Of a DNA stretch of 64,000 bases, positions 40,019 through 50,738 are shown one piece after another. Below the pieces are notes generated by a model that had not been told where the DNA came from, did not search any database, and was given only the letters and a program-made list of their open reading frames with translations. Origin of the DNA: an uncultured Clostridia bacterium (lineage in GTDB: Bacteria > Bacillota > Clostridia > Christensenellales > UBA1242); the NCBI GenBank assembly GCA_934778125.1, contig CAKVOF010000001.1, positions 18,429 to 82,428 on the forward strand, given 5' to 3'. The position numbers and the translations under genes were made by a program. How positions within the stretch are numbered: the stretch's first letter is position 1; the number at the start of each line of letters is the position of its first letter.

Positions 40019-43000
40019 TTAATCATTTCGAGCAATCTCTATCATAACCTTGCAATCATCAAGTTCCACTGGAATTGAAATATCGCAAGACTCTAATTTT
40101 TCTTTAGCGAAAGACAATGTTTCGTTGCAAATCATATTTAAAGTTTTCTCATCGAAAGAAATTCCTGAAATTGAAATATTGATTCTATCTGTTATTCTGC
40201 AATTAATTTTTTTTCTTGCATCTTGAATGGTTCTAATAATATCTCTTGCAATTCCCTCATTTTTTAACTCATCGGTTATGGTGGTATCTAGTGAAACAAC
40301 TATTCCATTTTCGCTAGCCACTTGCTTACCTTCTTTTGCAATAAATGATAAGAAAATAATTGATTTATTATATAACCTTTCTTCTCCGCCAATTGAAACC
40401 AACACGCCTTTTTCATCGAACTTATAGTTTCCGCATTTAATCGCCTTAATCAAGTCACCCATTTTATCTGGGTATAGGCTTCTTATTTCGTTAAAGTTTG
40501 GTGCATAATTAACTTTTGCCACATCATCAACATTTTCCAAAACTGAGATTTTCTTAACATTTAATTCTTCTTTTATAACATCAAAAAACTCCGCAATTTT
40601 ATCTAATGTTCCTTTACTAGTGCTAGCAACCATCATTTCACCTAATGGCTGGCGATTTTTGATATTACTCTTATTCCTAATATTTCTTCCAAGATAAATA
40701 ACATTTTGAACTAGCTCAATTTGTTTTAATAGGTCATCGTTTTTAAATGTTTTTGGCACATCTACCCAATTAGATAGATGCACAGATTCACTCTCTGGAA
40801 CAAGATTTTTATAAACTTCTTCTGCAATAATTGGTGCAACAGGTGCAAGCAATTTAGAAATAACAACTAAAACATAATACAACGTTTCAAAAGCATCTTT
40901 CTTATCTTTTGAAAAACCATTACTCCAAAATCTTCTTCTCGACCTTCTAATATACCAGTTAGTTAAGCCATCAATGAGTTCTGCAAGTTCCCCAACATAG
41001 CAATCAACTTCATAGTTATCCATATGCTTTTTGATGCTCTTTTCCACATTATATAATTTTGCAAGCAACCATTTATCAAGTTGATTATCTGAATTTGGAG
41101 CAACCAAATCTTTTTGATAAAAGTCATCAATGTTTGCATAAGAAACAAAGAATTTGCAAGCATTCCAGAAAGGCAAAATAATTTGTTGATACGCCTCTTG
41201 AATGCCCTCATCATCAAATTGCAAGTCACCAATTAGCATTGCTTTTGTTTGATATAAATAAAGCCTAAAAGCATCAGTGCCGTATTTCTTCATAAGTTCC
41301 ATAGGATCGGTGTAGTTTTTTGAAGACTTAGAAAGCTTTTTACCATCTTTAGCCAAAATTGTTCCGTGAACAACGCAATTTTTGAAAGCAGGCTTATCAA
41401 ACAAAGCAACAGACAACACGTGAAGATAATAAAACCAGCAACGAATTTGACCAGTGTATTCCACAACAAAATCACTAGGCAAATGATTTTCAAACCATTC
41501 TTTGTTTTCAAAAGGGTAATGCTTTTGTGCAAAAGGCACACTCCCGCTTTCAAACCAGCAATCCAAAACTTCTGGAACTCTTTTCATTTCTCCGCCACAT
41601 TTAGGGCATTTGAAAGTAACCTTATCCATAAATTGGCGATGCAAGTTGGTTAGCCTTATTCCGCTAACTTTCTCAATTTCATCAACGCTTCCTAAAACTT
41701 TTTCTTCTCCACAATCTTCACAATGCCAAATAGGAATTGGCGTGCTCCAATAGCGGTTTCTAGAAATATTCCAATCTCTTGCACCCTCAAGCCAGTTCCC
41801 AAAACGGCCGTGTTTCACAGTTTCAGGAATCCAATTAATTTCCTCGTTTTTCTTAATCAACTCATCTTTAATTTTGTCGATATTAAAATAATATGCATCC
41901 ATCGCTTTATAAATTAATGGGCGTTTGCATCTCCAGCAATGTGGATAATTATGCTCTAAAGTTCCATCAGCAACTGCTTTCCCGTTGTTATATAAAAATC
42001 TAATAACAATCGGATTCATAGCAATAACGTTATCATCACCATTATCATTTTTTAAACCATAAAAATCGGTAACAGCTTCAGTGAATCTACCCTTTGAATC
42101 AACTGGATTAACAAGATCAATATTATTCTTCTTGCAAGTCCAATAGTCATCTTCACCAAAGGCGGGTGCAGTATGAACAATTCCCACACCTTCTTCAGCA
42201 CCAACATAGTCTGCTAACACAACCTTAAAAGCACCTTTTTCTTTTTTATCAGCAAAATATGGGAAAAGCGGTTCGTATGTTTTTCCAACTAATTCACCAC
42301 CCTTGCATTCTTTAATTATAGAAGGTTTTTCACCAAACACTTTTTTAAAATTCGCCAAAGTGTTTTTGCAAGCAACAAAAATTTCATCGCCAACTTCCAC
42401 AAACGCATAGTCTAATTTTTCACCAACTGCTAAGCATAAATTTGATGGCAAAGTCCATGGAGTTGTTGTCCATGCTAGGAAATACACTTGTTTGCCATTC
42501 AATTCAAAATTGTCTGCTTTAAATTTAACTAAAATCCAACGGTCTTGGCGAGGCCTTGTGGAATCTGACTCACGAGTATCTGAAATAGAAAGTGATGTTT
42601 CACAGTGTGTGCAATATGGGGTAACACGATAATCTCTATATATTAAGCCTTTATCGTAGCAAGTTTTGAACGCCCACATAACACTTTCCATAAATTCAGG
42701 AGTCATAGTTTTGTATGCGTTATCATAATCAACCCAACGAGCCATCTGCCTAACGTATTCACTCCACGCTTCGTTGTTGTTTGACACAATTTCAAAACAT
42801 TTATCATTAAACTTTTCAATTCCCAACTCTTGTTCAATTTGGTTTTTATCGGTTATTCCAAGTAAGTTTTCAGCTTGGTTTTCAATTGGAAGCCCGTGGC
42901 AATCCCAACCCCAAACTCTCGGAACACTATAGCCTTGCATAGTCCAATATCTAGCTATCATATCTTTTATAAAAGAAACCAAAACTGTTCCGTGATGTGG

Positions 43001-43159
43001 TTTTCCCGTTGGAAAAGGTGGGCCATCATAGAAAGTTATCTCTTTATTTTTATTTTGATTAACAGACTTTTCAAATATCTTATTCTTTTCCCAAAAATCA
43101 ATAACTTTTGGTTGTAATTCTGAATATTGTGGTTTATCATTCATTTCTTTGTAAGCCAT
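40019..43159 (-). CDS. ileS: Isoleucine--tRNA ligase (long, type-2-like)
   Basis: HIGH region (PHHGTVL), KMSKS variant (KLSKS), and zinc-ribbon Cys pairs. The ATG at 43159 sits 7 nt after AAGGAG. The track's start at 43165 is a TTG. Confidence 0.92.
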   Translation of the reverse strand: MAYKEMNDKPQYSELQPKVIDFWEKNKIFEKSVNQNKNKEITFYDGPPFPTGKPHHGTVLVSFIKDMIARYWTMQGYSVPRVWGWDCHGLPIENQAENLLGITDKNQIEQELGIEKFNDKCFEIVSNNNEAWSEYVRQMARWVDYDNAYKTMTPEFMESVMWAFKTCYDKGLIYRDYRVTPYCTHCETSLSISDTRESDSTRPRQDRWILVKFKADNFELNGKQVYFLAWTTTPWTLPSNLCLAVGEKLDYAFVEVGDEIFVACKNTLANFKKVFGEKPSIIKECKGGELVGKTYEPLFPYFADKKEKGAFKVVLADYVGAEEGVGIVHTAPAFGEDDYWTCKKNNIDLVNPVDSKGRFTEAVTDFYGLKNDNGDDNVIAMNPIVIRFLYNNGKAVADGTLEHNYPHCWRCKRPLIYKAMDAYYFNIDKIKDELIKKNEEINWIPETVKHGRFGNWLEGARDWNISRNRYWSTPIPIWHCEDCGEEKVLGSVDEIEKVSGIRLTNLHRQFMDKVTFKCPKCGGEMKRVPEVLDCWFESGSVPFAQKHYPFENKEWFENHLPSDFVVEYTGQIRCWFYYLHVLSVALFDKPAFKNCVVHGTILAKDGKKLSKSSKNYTDPMELMKKYGTDAFRLYLYQTKAMLIGDLQFDDEGIQEAYQQIILPFWNACKFFVSYANIDDFYQKDLVAPNSDNQLDKWLLAKLYNVEKSIKKHMDNYEVDCYVGELAELIDGLTNWYIRRSRRRFWSNGFSKDKKDAFETLYYVLVVISKLLAPVAPIIAEEVYKNLVPESESVHLSNWVDVPKTFKNDDLLKQIELVQNVIYLGRNIRNKSNIKNRQPLGEMMVASTSKGTLDKIAEFFDVIKEELNVKKISVLENVDDVAKVNYAPNFNEIRSLYPDKMGDLIKAIKCGNYKFDEKGVLVSIGGEERLYNKSIIFLSFIAKEGKQVASENGIVVSLDTTITDELKNEGIARDIIRTIQDARKKINCRITDRINISISGISFDEKTLNMICNETLSFAKEKLESCDISIPVELDDCKVMIEIARND

Positions 43160-43367
43160 AAACAAACTCCTTGCTTAAAACAAAATTGTAATTAAAACAT
43201 TATACAATATTTCACTCAAAAATGCAAAGCATATTAGCTTTTTATTAAAATAAGTCTAAGGCGGACACAAACAGCGAAAAAACAAAAAACTAACTCACGA
43301 TAGCGTGGGTTAGTTTTATAATTTGAGCATTATTTAAAATTAAATTTCAATTAACTTTTAACAAAAA

Positions 43368-43952
43368 TTAAACCAATTCGTTAATATAATCAAACAATTC
43401 AGCTTGATGGGTTAGGATATTAATTTGATAAGAAGATCTCATAGATGAAGCAAGTGAAACATTCTCAGTTTGAAAATAAATTTTTGTTTGAGTTAAATAG
43501 TCGTTATCTTTAACTTCCATAATAATTGAGTAGAATTTTACTTCAGTGTCATCAATTGTGATGGTTTGTTCGGTGTTGTATTTGAAAACTAAATGTTTGT
43601 TTTCTGTGTTTGTTAAAAGCGAATTAATATTTGAAGATGTTAACGAAACTTTCTTAAGTTCAAAAGACACATTATTTGTTTTTTGGAATATAGATGTTAA
43701 AACCTTTTCTTTTGATGCTTTATCAACCAACTTTCCAATTTTTGCAAAAATTTCTGGGTCTTTTTCATTAACTTCACCTTGCGCTAAAACATCTTTTTCT
43801 TTACCTTTTGAATAAACTGTTATTGATGTATAACCCTTTTGTAAATAGTTTGTATATGTTTTAGACACACAAGCCAAAGTTATAACAACGATAATAAGCG
43901 CTAAAACCACACCAACAACTGACCATAATGTAATTTTTTTTCCTGTACTCAT
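43368..43952 (-). CDS. Membrane-anchored hypothetical protein (194 aa)
   Basis: There is a single N-terminal TM segment. The gene lies 14 nt downstream of ftsH on the same strand. Confidence 0.55.
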   Translation of the reverse strand: MSTGKKITLWSVVGVVLALIIVVITLACVSKTYTNYLQKGYTSITVYSKGKEKDVLAQGEVNEKDPEIFAKIGKLVDKASKEKVLTSIFQKTNNVSFELKKVSLTSSNINSLLTNTENKHLVFKYNTEQTITIDDTEVKFYSIIMEVKDNDYLTQTKIYFQTENVSLASSMRSSYQINILTHQAELFDYINELV

Positions 43953-43966
43953 TTCTCTTTGCCCCT

Positions 43967-46381
43967 TTATTTCTCTTTATCTTTTTTTGTTGAATTTTTA
44001 GTTGTTTTCTTAACTGATTTTTTTTCTTTTTCAGCTTTTTCAGCCTTTTTAGCCACTTTTTCCACTTTCTTTGTGTGGGCTTTCTTAGGTTTTCCTGTGG
44101 TTTTTTGCTCTTCATCTGAAACTTTTTCTTGAGTTGAGTTTTCATTCTCGCTCTTGGCTTCATTTTCAGAATCAGTGCTATTTTCAGAATCAGTGCTATT
44201 AGCTTTTGCCTCTTGATATTTAGCCTTTATTCTTAGCGTGTCTAACTTTATCGCTTCAAGTTCTTTTTCTGAAATCACTCCAGCGTTTTTCAAAGCAATA
44301 GCTGTTTGTTCTTTCATTTCTTGCATTTTGATTTCTTGCATCATTTTTTGTTCTTCCTGACGCTTCCTATCAAACTCTTTCCTTTGTTTGATTTTTTCAT
44401 TCAATCTTTTAGCAACATCTTCATATTTTTCACCATTCATAATTGCATTTACTTCATCTTCATAAATTGTTTCTTCTTCTAAAAGTAAGTTAGCAAAATT
44501 ATCAAGAATATTTTTATTCGATTTCAAAATATTTGTTGTTTGCTCATAGCAAGTATCTAAAATATCTTTAATTTCATTATCAATAATAGTTGCAAAACTT
44601 TCACTATAATTGCTCTTTGTTTGATAATCTCTTCCAATAAACACTTCATCAGATTTTCCCAAACTCATGCATCCTAGTTTTTTGCTCATTCCCCATTCGG
44701 TAACCATTCTTCTTGCAATCTCGGTTGCTCTTTGAATATCAGAGCTTGCTCCAGCAGAGATATCACCAAACATAATTTCTTCAGCAACTCTTCCACCCAT
44801 AAGCATACAAATTCTTTTGTTTAGCTTATTTAAAGTGTATTGATCATCATCGTTAGCAGGGCGAGTCGAAGTGTAGCCCCCTGCCATTCCTCTTGGAATA
44901 ATTGAAACTTCATGAACTTCATCACCAAAGTCTAATAGTTTTGCAATAATTGCGTGACCTGCTTCGTGATAAGCGGTTAGTTTTTTAGTATTTTCAGTAA
45001 CGAGCCTACTTTTCTTTTGTGGCCCCATCAAAACTTTATTAATTCCTTCGGTGATATCACTCATATTAATAGTCACGTGGTTGTTTCTAGCGGCCATAAT
45101 TGCGGCCTCATTTAAGAAGTTTTCAATATCTGCGCCAGTGAACCCACTTGTTAACCTTGCAAGTGCTGTGAAATCAACTTCGCTATCAATTGGTTTATTT
45201 TTTGCGTGAATTTTGATAATTCCTTCTCTTCCCTTAACATCTGGAACATTAACATAAATTTGCCTATCGAACCTACCTGGCCTTAAAAGTGCAGGGTCTA
45301 AAACATCGGCTCTATTTGTGGCAGCCATAACAATAATCCCATCGTTACTTTCAAATCCATCCATCTCAACTAGCAATTGGTTCAAGGTTTGCTCTCTTTC
45401 ATCGTTTCCGCCACCAAGCCCAGCACCTCTTTGCCTTCCAACCGCATCAATTTCATCAATGAACACAATGCAAGGTGCATTCTTTTTAGCTGTTTCAAAC
45501 AAATCACGAACACGACTCGCACCCACACCAACATATAATTCAACGAAATCAGAACCGCTAATACTAAAGAATGGCACATTGCTTTCTCCCGCAACTGCTT
45601 TAGCAAGCAATGTTTTACCCGTTCCTGGTTGACCAACTAACAAAACGCCTTTTGGAATTCTAGCACCAAGCGCCTTAAATTTTTCTGGAGTTTTTAAAAA
45701 TTCAACAATTTCTTGTGTTTCTTCTTTTTCTTCATCAGCACCAGCAATATCTTTAAATCTTATATCGCTTCTTTCAACCATTCTTGCTCTATTTTTAGAG
45801 AATTGGTTTCCAACTCCGCCTTTTGAAGATAACATTCTAAACAACATAAACCCAATGAAAAGCATAACGATTGCACTAGCATAAGGTAAGATTGTTTCAA
45901 TAATTCCAGCAGATGGAGTTGAGCTAATTCTTTCAATTTTCTTATAATCTTTGAATGCTGTTATATCAGTTCCATCTGAATATGTGATAGTTGTGATTTC
46001 AGGATTCTCCACAACTTTAGCTTTTGCAAAGTCCACTTTTTTATTGAATTCTTCAATATATGAAATAACTTTTTCTAGATCAATTGCAGTGTTGTAAGTT
46101 AAATAATAATCGCTATATTTCGGGAACTGATTCTTTTTTATTGAACTACCACTCATTCTAATATAGATAGTTCCATAAGTATTATACCCTTCAATATAAA
46201 CATCTTCCATATGGTTTTCACCATTGCTATTCATAATGGCACTAATGCTTTTTTCACCATCAACCGTGATTTTTTCACCATTATCGCCACTATTAAATAT
46301 ATAAAAGCACACTATAACCACAAGCACTAATAAAATTAGCGATAGTAAAGTACGCCCATTAGATTTTTTCTTGTTTTCCAA
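43967..46381 (-). CDS. ftsH: ATP-dependent zinc metalloprotease FtsH with a long charged C-terminal tail
   Basis: Walker A (GQPGTGKT), the SRH region, and the zinc motif HEAGHA. Two TM segments are present. The last roughly 180 aa are rich in Lys, Glu and Ser. Confidence 0.92.
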   Translation of the reverse strand: MENKKKSNGRTLLSLILLVLVVIVCFYIFNSGDNGEKITVDGEKSISAIMNSNGENHMEDVYIEGYNTYGTIYIRMSGSSIKKNQFPKYSDYYLTYNTAIDLEKVISYIEEFNKKVDFAKAKVVENPEITTITYSDGTDITAFKDYKKIERISSTPSAGIIETILPYASAIVMLFIGFMLFRMLSSKGGVGNQFSKNRARMVERSDIRFKDIAGADEEKEETQEIVEFLKTPEKFKALGARIPKGVLLVGQPGTGKTLLAKAVAGESNVPFFSISGSDFVELYVGVGASRVRDLFETAKKNAPCIVFIDEIDAVGRQRGAGLGGGNDEREQTLNQLLVEMDGFESNDGIIVMAATNRADVLDPALLRPGRFDRQIYVNVPDVKGREGIIKIHAKNKPIDSEVDFTALARLTSGFTGADIENFLNEAAIMAARNNHVTINMSDITEGINKVLMGPQKKSRLVTENTKKLTAYHEAGHAIIAKLLDFGDEVHEVSIIPRGMAGGYTSTRPANDDDQYTLNKLNKRICMLMGGRVAEEIMFGDISAGASSDIQRATEIARRMVTEWGMSKKLGCMSLGKSDEVFIGRDYQTKSNYSESFATIIDNEIKDILDTCYEQTTNILKSNKNILDNFANLLLEEETIYEDEVNAIMNGEKYEDVAKRLNEKIKQRKEFDRKRQEEQKMMQEIKMQEMKEQTAIALKNAGVISEKELEAIKLDTLRIKAKYQEAKANSTDSENSTDSENEAKSENENSTQEKVSDEEQKTTGKPKKAHTKKVEKVAKKAEKAEKEKKSVKKTTKNSTKKDKEK

Positions 46382-46679
46382 AATAAAAAAGTCCTCCGAT
46401 AATTTTAGTCAATATGAATTATACCACACCGCAAAAACGTTGTAAAGCAATATTCAATTAACTTTACCTCTTTTATTATATATATAAACATTAAATAGGG
46501 CTTATAAAACGAGATAAAAAACTAAAAATGTCTAATTTAGAATTATATGCTATGCAAAAGGCAAAAAGAAACAATAATTAATCAAGATATTATGAATGTA
46601 AGCAACCTTCAATCAACGCTATTTGTTAAAATGTTACACTTGCTCATAGTCTTAATAGTGATCACATATAAACCACAAA

Positions 46680-47216
46680 TTAACTTGAAAGTTGCTTTGC
46701 AAATTTTAATGCAAAATTTATACTTTGCGCCATAAAATACGCCATCTTCAAAATGGAATTAATCCCTATATTGTTAATAAAATTATAGTCTTTCATTCCC
46801 ACATTCCCAACAACTCCAATAAGTGAAATATCGCCCATAATTTTAAGTTTTTTATTAAAAAACCCCGCTGGAATAACCCCACAATTTTGCATTTTCACGC
46901 AAAACATTTCTTGAGAATAAGATAGCGTTGCATCAACCACAATAATCTTAGAATTTGGGTGCTTTAACTTGATATATTCATATGCACTTTCCACATTTTT
47001 AGAGTTAATAGGGTTCGATAATGTGCCATACACAAACGCATTCACTTTAAACTTTTTTATTAAATACTCGCTCACAATTGGTGCCAATGCATCACCAACA
47101 ACCCTATCGCTCCCAACACACATAAACACAGGAATCTCTTTTTCATTTCTCAACTCATAGGCTAAATCCAAGCCCATTTTCAAACTTAACTCGTGTTTTT
47201 CAGAATTATAAATCAT
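46680..47216 (-). CDS. YyaC-like (DUF1256, GPR-related) putative protease
   Basis: The segment VFMCVGSDRVVGDALAPIV matches the signature region of the YyaC family, as I recall it. Confidence 0.6.
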   Translation of the reverse strand: MIYNSEKHELSLKMGLDLAYELRNEKEIPVFMCVGSDRVVGDALAPIVSEYLIKKFKVNAFVYGTLSNPINSKNVESAYEYIKLKHPNSKIIVVDATLSYSQEMFCVKMQNCGVIPAGFFNKKLKIMGDISLIGVVGNVGMKDYNFINNIGINSILKMAYFMAQSINFALKFAKQLSS

Positions 47217-47524
47217 AAATTTTCACCTTTTCTTTTTCTCTATTATTGACCACATTCTTTTAAAATTAACTCTCAAAACAAAAAATTTGAAAATATTAAT
47301 GACTTTTTTATATTTCTATGATAATATTTAAATATAAAAAAAGTATATTTGTTTTTATTTCGATTAATAATTGAATAGGCTTAAAAGAATTTTAAAATGC
47401 TAACAATGCAATGCTAAATAATTCTTTTTAAAATTTTAAACTGCATTACATTTTGTTATCACATTACTCTAGTTTAAGTTGATTTAATATCGACAATAGA
47501 AATAAAAGAAAACAAGGGGAAGAA

Positions 47525-48499
47525 ATGTCTTGGTTTGATATTATTTTTATCGCAATAGTTGCCATATTTGCAATTGTTGGGCTATGGAAAGGATTGCTGG
47601 ATAGCATTTTAGGCTTAGTCACAACCTTAGTTTCAATTGTTCTTTCTATTTGGTGGGCAAAACCAGTTGCAAAATTTTTAAGAAGAATTGTTGATATCGA
47701 CAACATCTTTTTTAAAATGCTAAAAGGTGCATTTGCAGAAAAAGAAACAATTAAAGTTTTAGGCGTTATTAGTTTAACGCGTGAAAAACTATCGGCATTT
47801 TTAACTGTTGCACTATCTGCTGTTATAATATTTATTTTGATAAGATTAGCTGTTTGGGTTGTTTCGAAATTATTTGATTCAGCAACCGCATCAAATAGTG
47901 CGCTATCTGGGCTGAATAGGGTTTTTGGGCTTGCGTTTGGCGTGGCTAAAGGCTTAGTTGTGTGTTGCGCAATTCTTGCTGGGCTTTATGTTATTGGAAA
48001 CACTGGGCTAGCAAAAAATCTAGACACAAAACTAGACAACACAAAAGTTGTTAGTTTCTTCTATAAGTATACTGGCGACTTTGTTACTGAAAAATTAAAC
48101 GCATCAAAAATTCAATCAATAATTGATGATATGAAAATTGAAAAGCGTGAAGATGAACTAAAAGACGACATAGCTAAAAATTCTGATGCTTGGTTTATAA
48201 AAGGAGCCTACAACGCAACAGATTCAGATAAAACAATGTTTATAAACGACTTAAACTATTCTAAAATCAATTATTTTAACAAAAAATCAGAAAAAACCGA
48301 AATTCGATTAAATAGCGAATCTATAAGCATTAAGTTCTTTCCTAATATGGAGGGTGCTGAAGCAATTTCTCTCGACTCAGTGTTCTCATTAAACGCGGGC
48401 GAAACAAGTAAAACGATTAAGATTAAAATAACCTACACCACATCTGATAAAGATTACAAACTAGAATATTTAATCACAATCAATAAACCAACCGAATAA
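47525..48499 (+). CDS. CvpA-family membrane protein with an extra C-terminal soluble domain
   Basis: The N-terminal MSWFDIIFIAIVAIFAIVGLWKGLL and the four TM segments are typical of CvpA. Confidence 0.7.
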   Translation: MSWFDIIFIAIVAIFAIVGLWKGLLDSILGLVTTLVSIVLSIWWAKPVAKFLRRIVDIDNIFFKMLKGAFAEKETIKVLGVISLTREKLSAFLTVALSAVIIFILIRLAVWVVSKLFDSATASNSALSGLNRVFGLAFGVAKGLVVCCAILAGLYVIGNTGLAKNLDTKLDNTKVVSFFYKYTGDFVTEKLNASKIQSIIDDMKIEKREDELKDDIAKNSDAWFIKGAYNATDSDKTMFINDLNYSKINYFNKKSEKTEIRLNSESISIKFFPNMEGAEAISLDSVFSLNAGETSKTIKIKITYTTSDKDYKLEYLITINKPTE

Positions 48500-48555
48500 A
48501 CATAAATCGCCTAATAACTTTTTATAACCCTTAACCCATCTATTTTAATCACACA

Positions 48556-48586
48556 AAAAGCCCCAATTAACATAGGGGCTTTTTTA
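48556..48586. terminator. Bidirectional terminator
   Basis: Stem aaaagcccc / ggggctttt with a T-run. Confidence 0.7.
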
Positions 48587-48645
48587 TTAAATCAAACTTA
48601 AAATTTAAAAATGTGTTAAATTGCTTTTTAAATCTCACCAAAAAC

Positions 48646-50130
48646 TCACACGCGGAACAACATCATTCCATCAAACACATCTTCGCTAGTTATATCAATT
48701 TTTAACTTTCTAAAAACTTCCTCGTTATTAGGAGTTAAAATAACCGATGAATGAGCTTTTGCTCCCGCTAGCAGTGGTAATGTTTCTAAAGCTTTTTTTG
48801 CCATATCATTTGTTGTGGCACAAACTGATAAAGCAATTAAAATATCCTTCAAACTCAATTTATAGTTTTTGTTGTTTAAATAATCCATTTTTAAAGTTGT
48901 GATAGGTTTTAAAATTTCTGGCGATATTAATTTAAATTCATCACCAATATTGGCCAAAGTTTTTAGTGCATTCAAAATCACGCTTGCACTTGCCGACAAA
49001 ACATCGGTTGTTTTTCCAGCAACTATTCTGCCATCGTTTAATTCAATTGCTATGCAAGGTGTTTTTGTTTTCATTGCTTTTTTAAGCGCTGGTTCAACAC
49101 ATTTTCTTATGTTTGGTGTTAAATTCATCTCCTTCATAAGCATCTCGTTTTTTTCAAATGCCGATAATATTTCTTGACCTCTTTTAAAATCAACCTTTGC
49201 TTTTAAAAATCTTCTAACTACCTCTTGCTCACATGCATCTTTCACTTTTTTTTCATCATCAATGCAAAAACCAACCATATTAACACCCATATCGGTTGGC
49301 GAAAAATATATATCTTTTCCATAAATATTGAAAAGAATTTGCCTAACAATTGGGAAAGTTTCTAAATCACGATTGTAATTAATAGCAACTTTTCCATATT
49401 TTTCCAAATGATAGTTATCTATCATATTAACATCACGCAAATCTGTTGTTGCAGCTTCATAAGCAATGTTCACAGGATGCTTTAAAGGTAAGTTCCAAAC
49501 TGGGAACGTTTCAAATTTTGCATATCCTGCTTCCACCCCACGCTTCTTTTCGTGATAAAGTTGGCTTAAGCAAGTAGCTAATTTTCCACTTCCCGGACCT
49601 GGCGCTGTTACAACCACAATTGGGCGAATTGTTTCCACATAATCATTCGCACCATATCCGCTATCGCTAACAATTGTTTCAACATCGTTAGGATATCCTT
49701 TAATGCACTTATGGTAGTAAACATTGATATTGTTTGCTTTAAGCAAGTTTGCAAATTTAACAGCATTTGGTTCTTGGTTAAACATCGTGATAACAACCGA
49801 ATTAACCATTATTCCAAGTTCCCTTAACTCATCGATTAACCTTAAAACTTCTCTATCGTAAGTGATGCCAAAATCTGCCCTAATCTTGTTATTTTCAATA
49901 TCTTTAGCACTCACACAAAAAAGGATTTCGATATCATCTTTCATTGTTTCTAAAAGTTTTATTTTGTTGTTTGGATTGTAGCCCGGCAAAACCCTTGATG
50001 CGTGCAAATCATCAAAAAGTTTTCCGCCAAATTCAATGTATAATTTTTTACCGAAAAGCTTGCACCTTTCTAAAATCTTTTCCTTCTGAATTTGTAAATA
50101 TTTTTCGCTATTAAATGCTTGTTTTTCCAT
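48646..50130 (-). CDS. UPF0371 / DUF1846 family protein
   Basis: The N-terminal [17 protein letters not shown]...[30 protein letters not shown] matches my recollection of the UPF0371 family. Confidence 0.8.
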   Translation of the reverse strand: [494 protein letters not shown]

Positions 50131-50340
50131 AAACTTCCTACCGTGTTTTTGTTTATTGTATTGTTTTGCTGGTTAACCTCCAAATAATTAAACACATCTT
50201 TTTTTAAAACTTTAAATTTTGTGCAACTTTAATGCTATTTGAATTATTCAAAACAACACTTTGCTTTGCTTTTCACATAACAACCTTTAATAAATATAAC
50301 TATTTTTCGTTTCAGATTTATATAATCATTATATTTTTAT

Positions 50341-50520
50341 GCGATAACTTTTCGTTTGATATTTATATTACACTTTATCTTTATATAATAAATCTTCATT
50401 TTGTTATATCTCCTCTCCGCTTATCATATCTTCAAATACACAACTAATAAAACCTTAATTTAGGCGTCCTTGTGCAAGGGAAGCTGTCACGAATCTTCAG
50501 TGAGTGACTGAAGGGTTGTT
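50341..50520 (-). repeat. Intergenic module E1 (box R, GC hairpin H, AT-rich module M), paralogous to 62838-63029
   Basis: H is 50463-50484 (aggcgtccttgtgcaagggaagc). R is 50491-50520 (gaatcttcagtgagtgactgaagggttgtt). M is 50341-50454 and is read on the minus strand. See the findings for the alignment. Confidence 0.7.
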
Positions 50521-50738
50521 TCCACTTATACTATCTCTTAATTGATTATTTTATCTTTAGTAAATTTTAGAATTTAAATCTAATTTATGCATTATTTAAA
50601 TTATAAAGCAAGTTTTATTTTATTCTATGTTAAAACTTAAGAATCGTAAAAAAAATAAAAGCCCTTTAAAAGCGCTCTTATTTCATTAAATAAAAAATAT
50701 TATGAAAAAACAATTAAAACCTAAAATAATCTTAATTA

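Noticed and set aside
50463-50484. I considered whether hairpin H of the E1/E2 modules is a fragment of SRP RNA helix 8 (AGGU..GUCC...AAGGAAGC) or a simple terminator.
   Set aside because: There are two copies per 64 kb. The conserved GNAR tetraloop and AGCA internal loop are absent, and no U-run follows on either strand.
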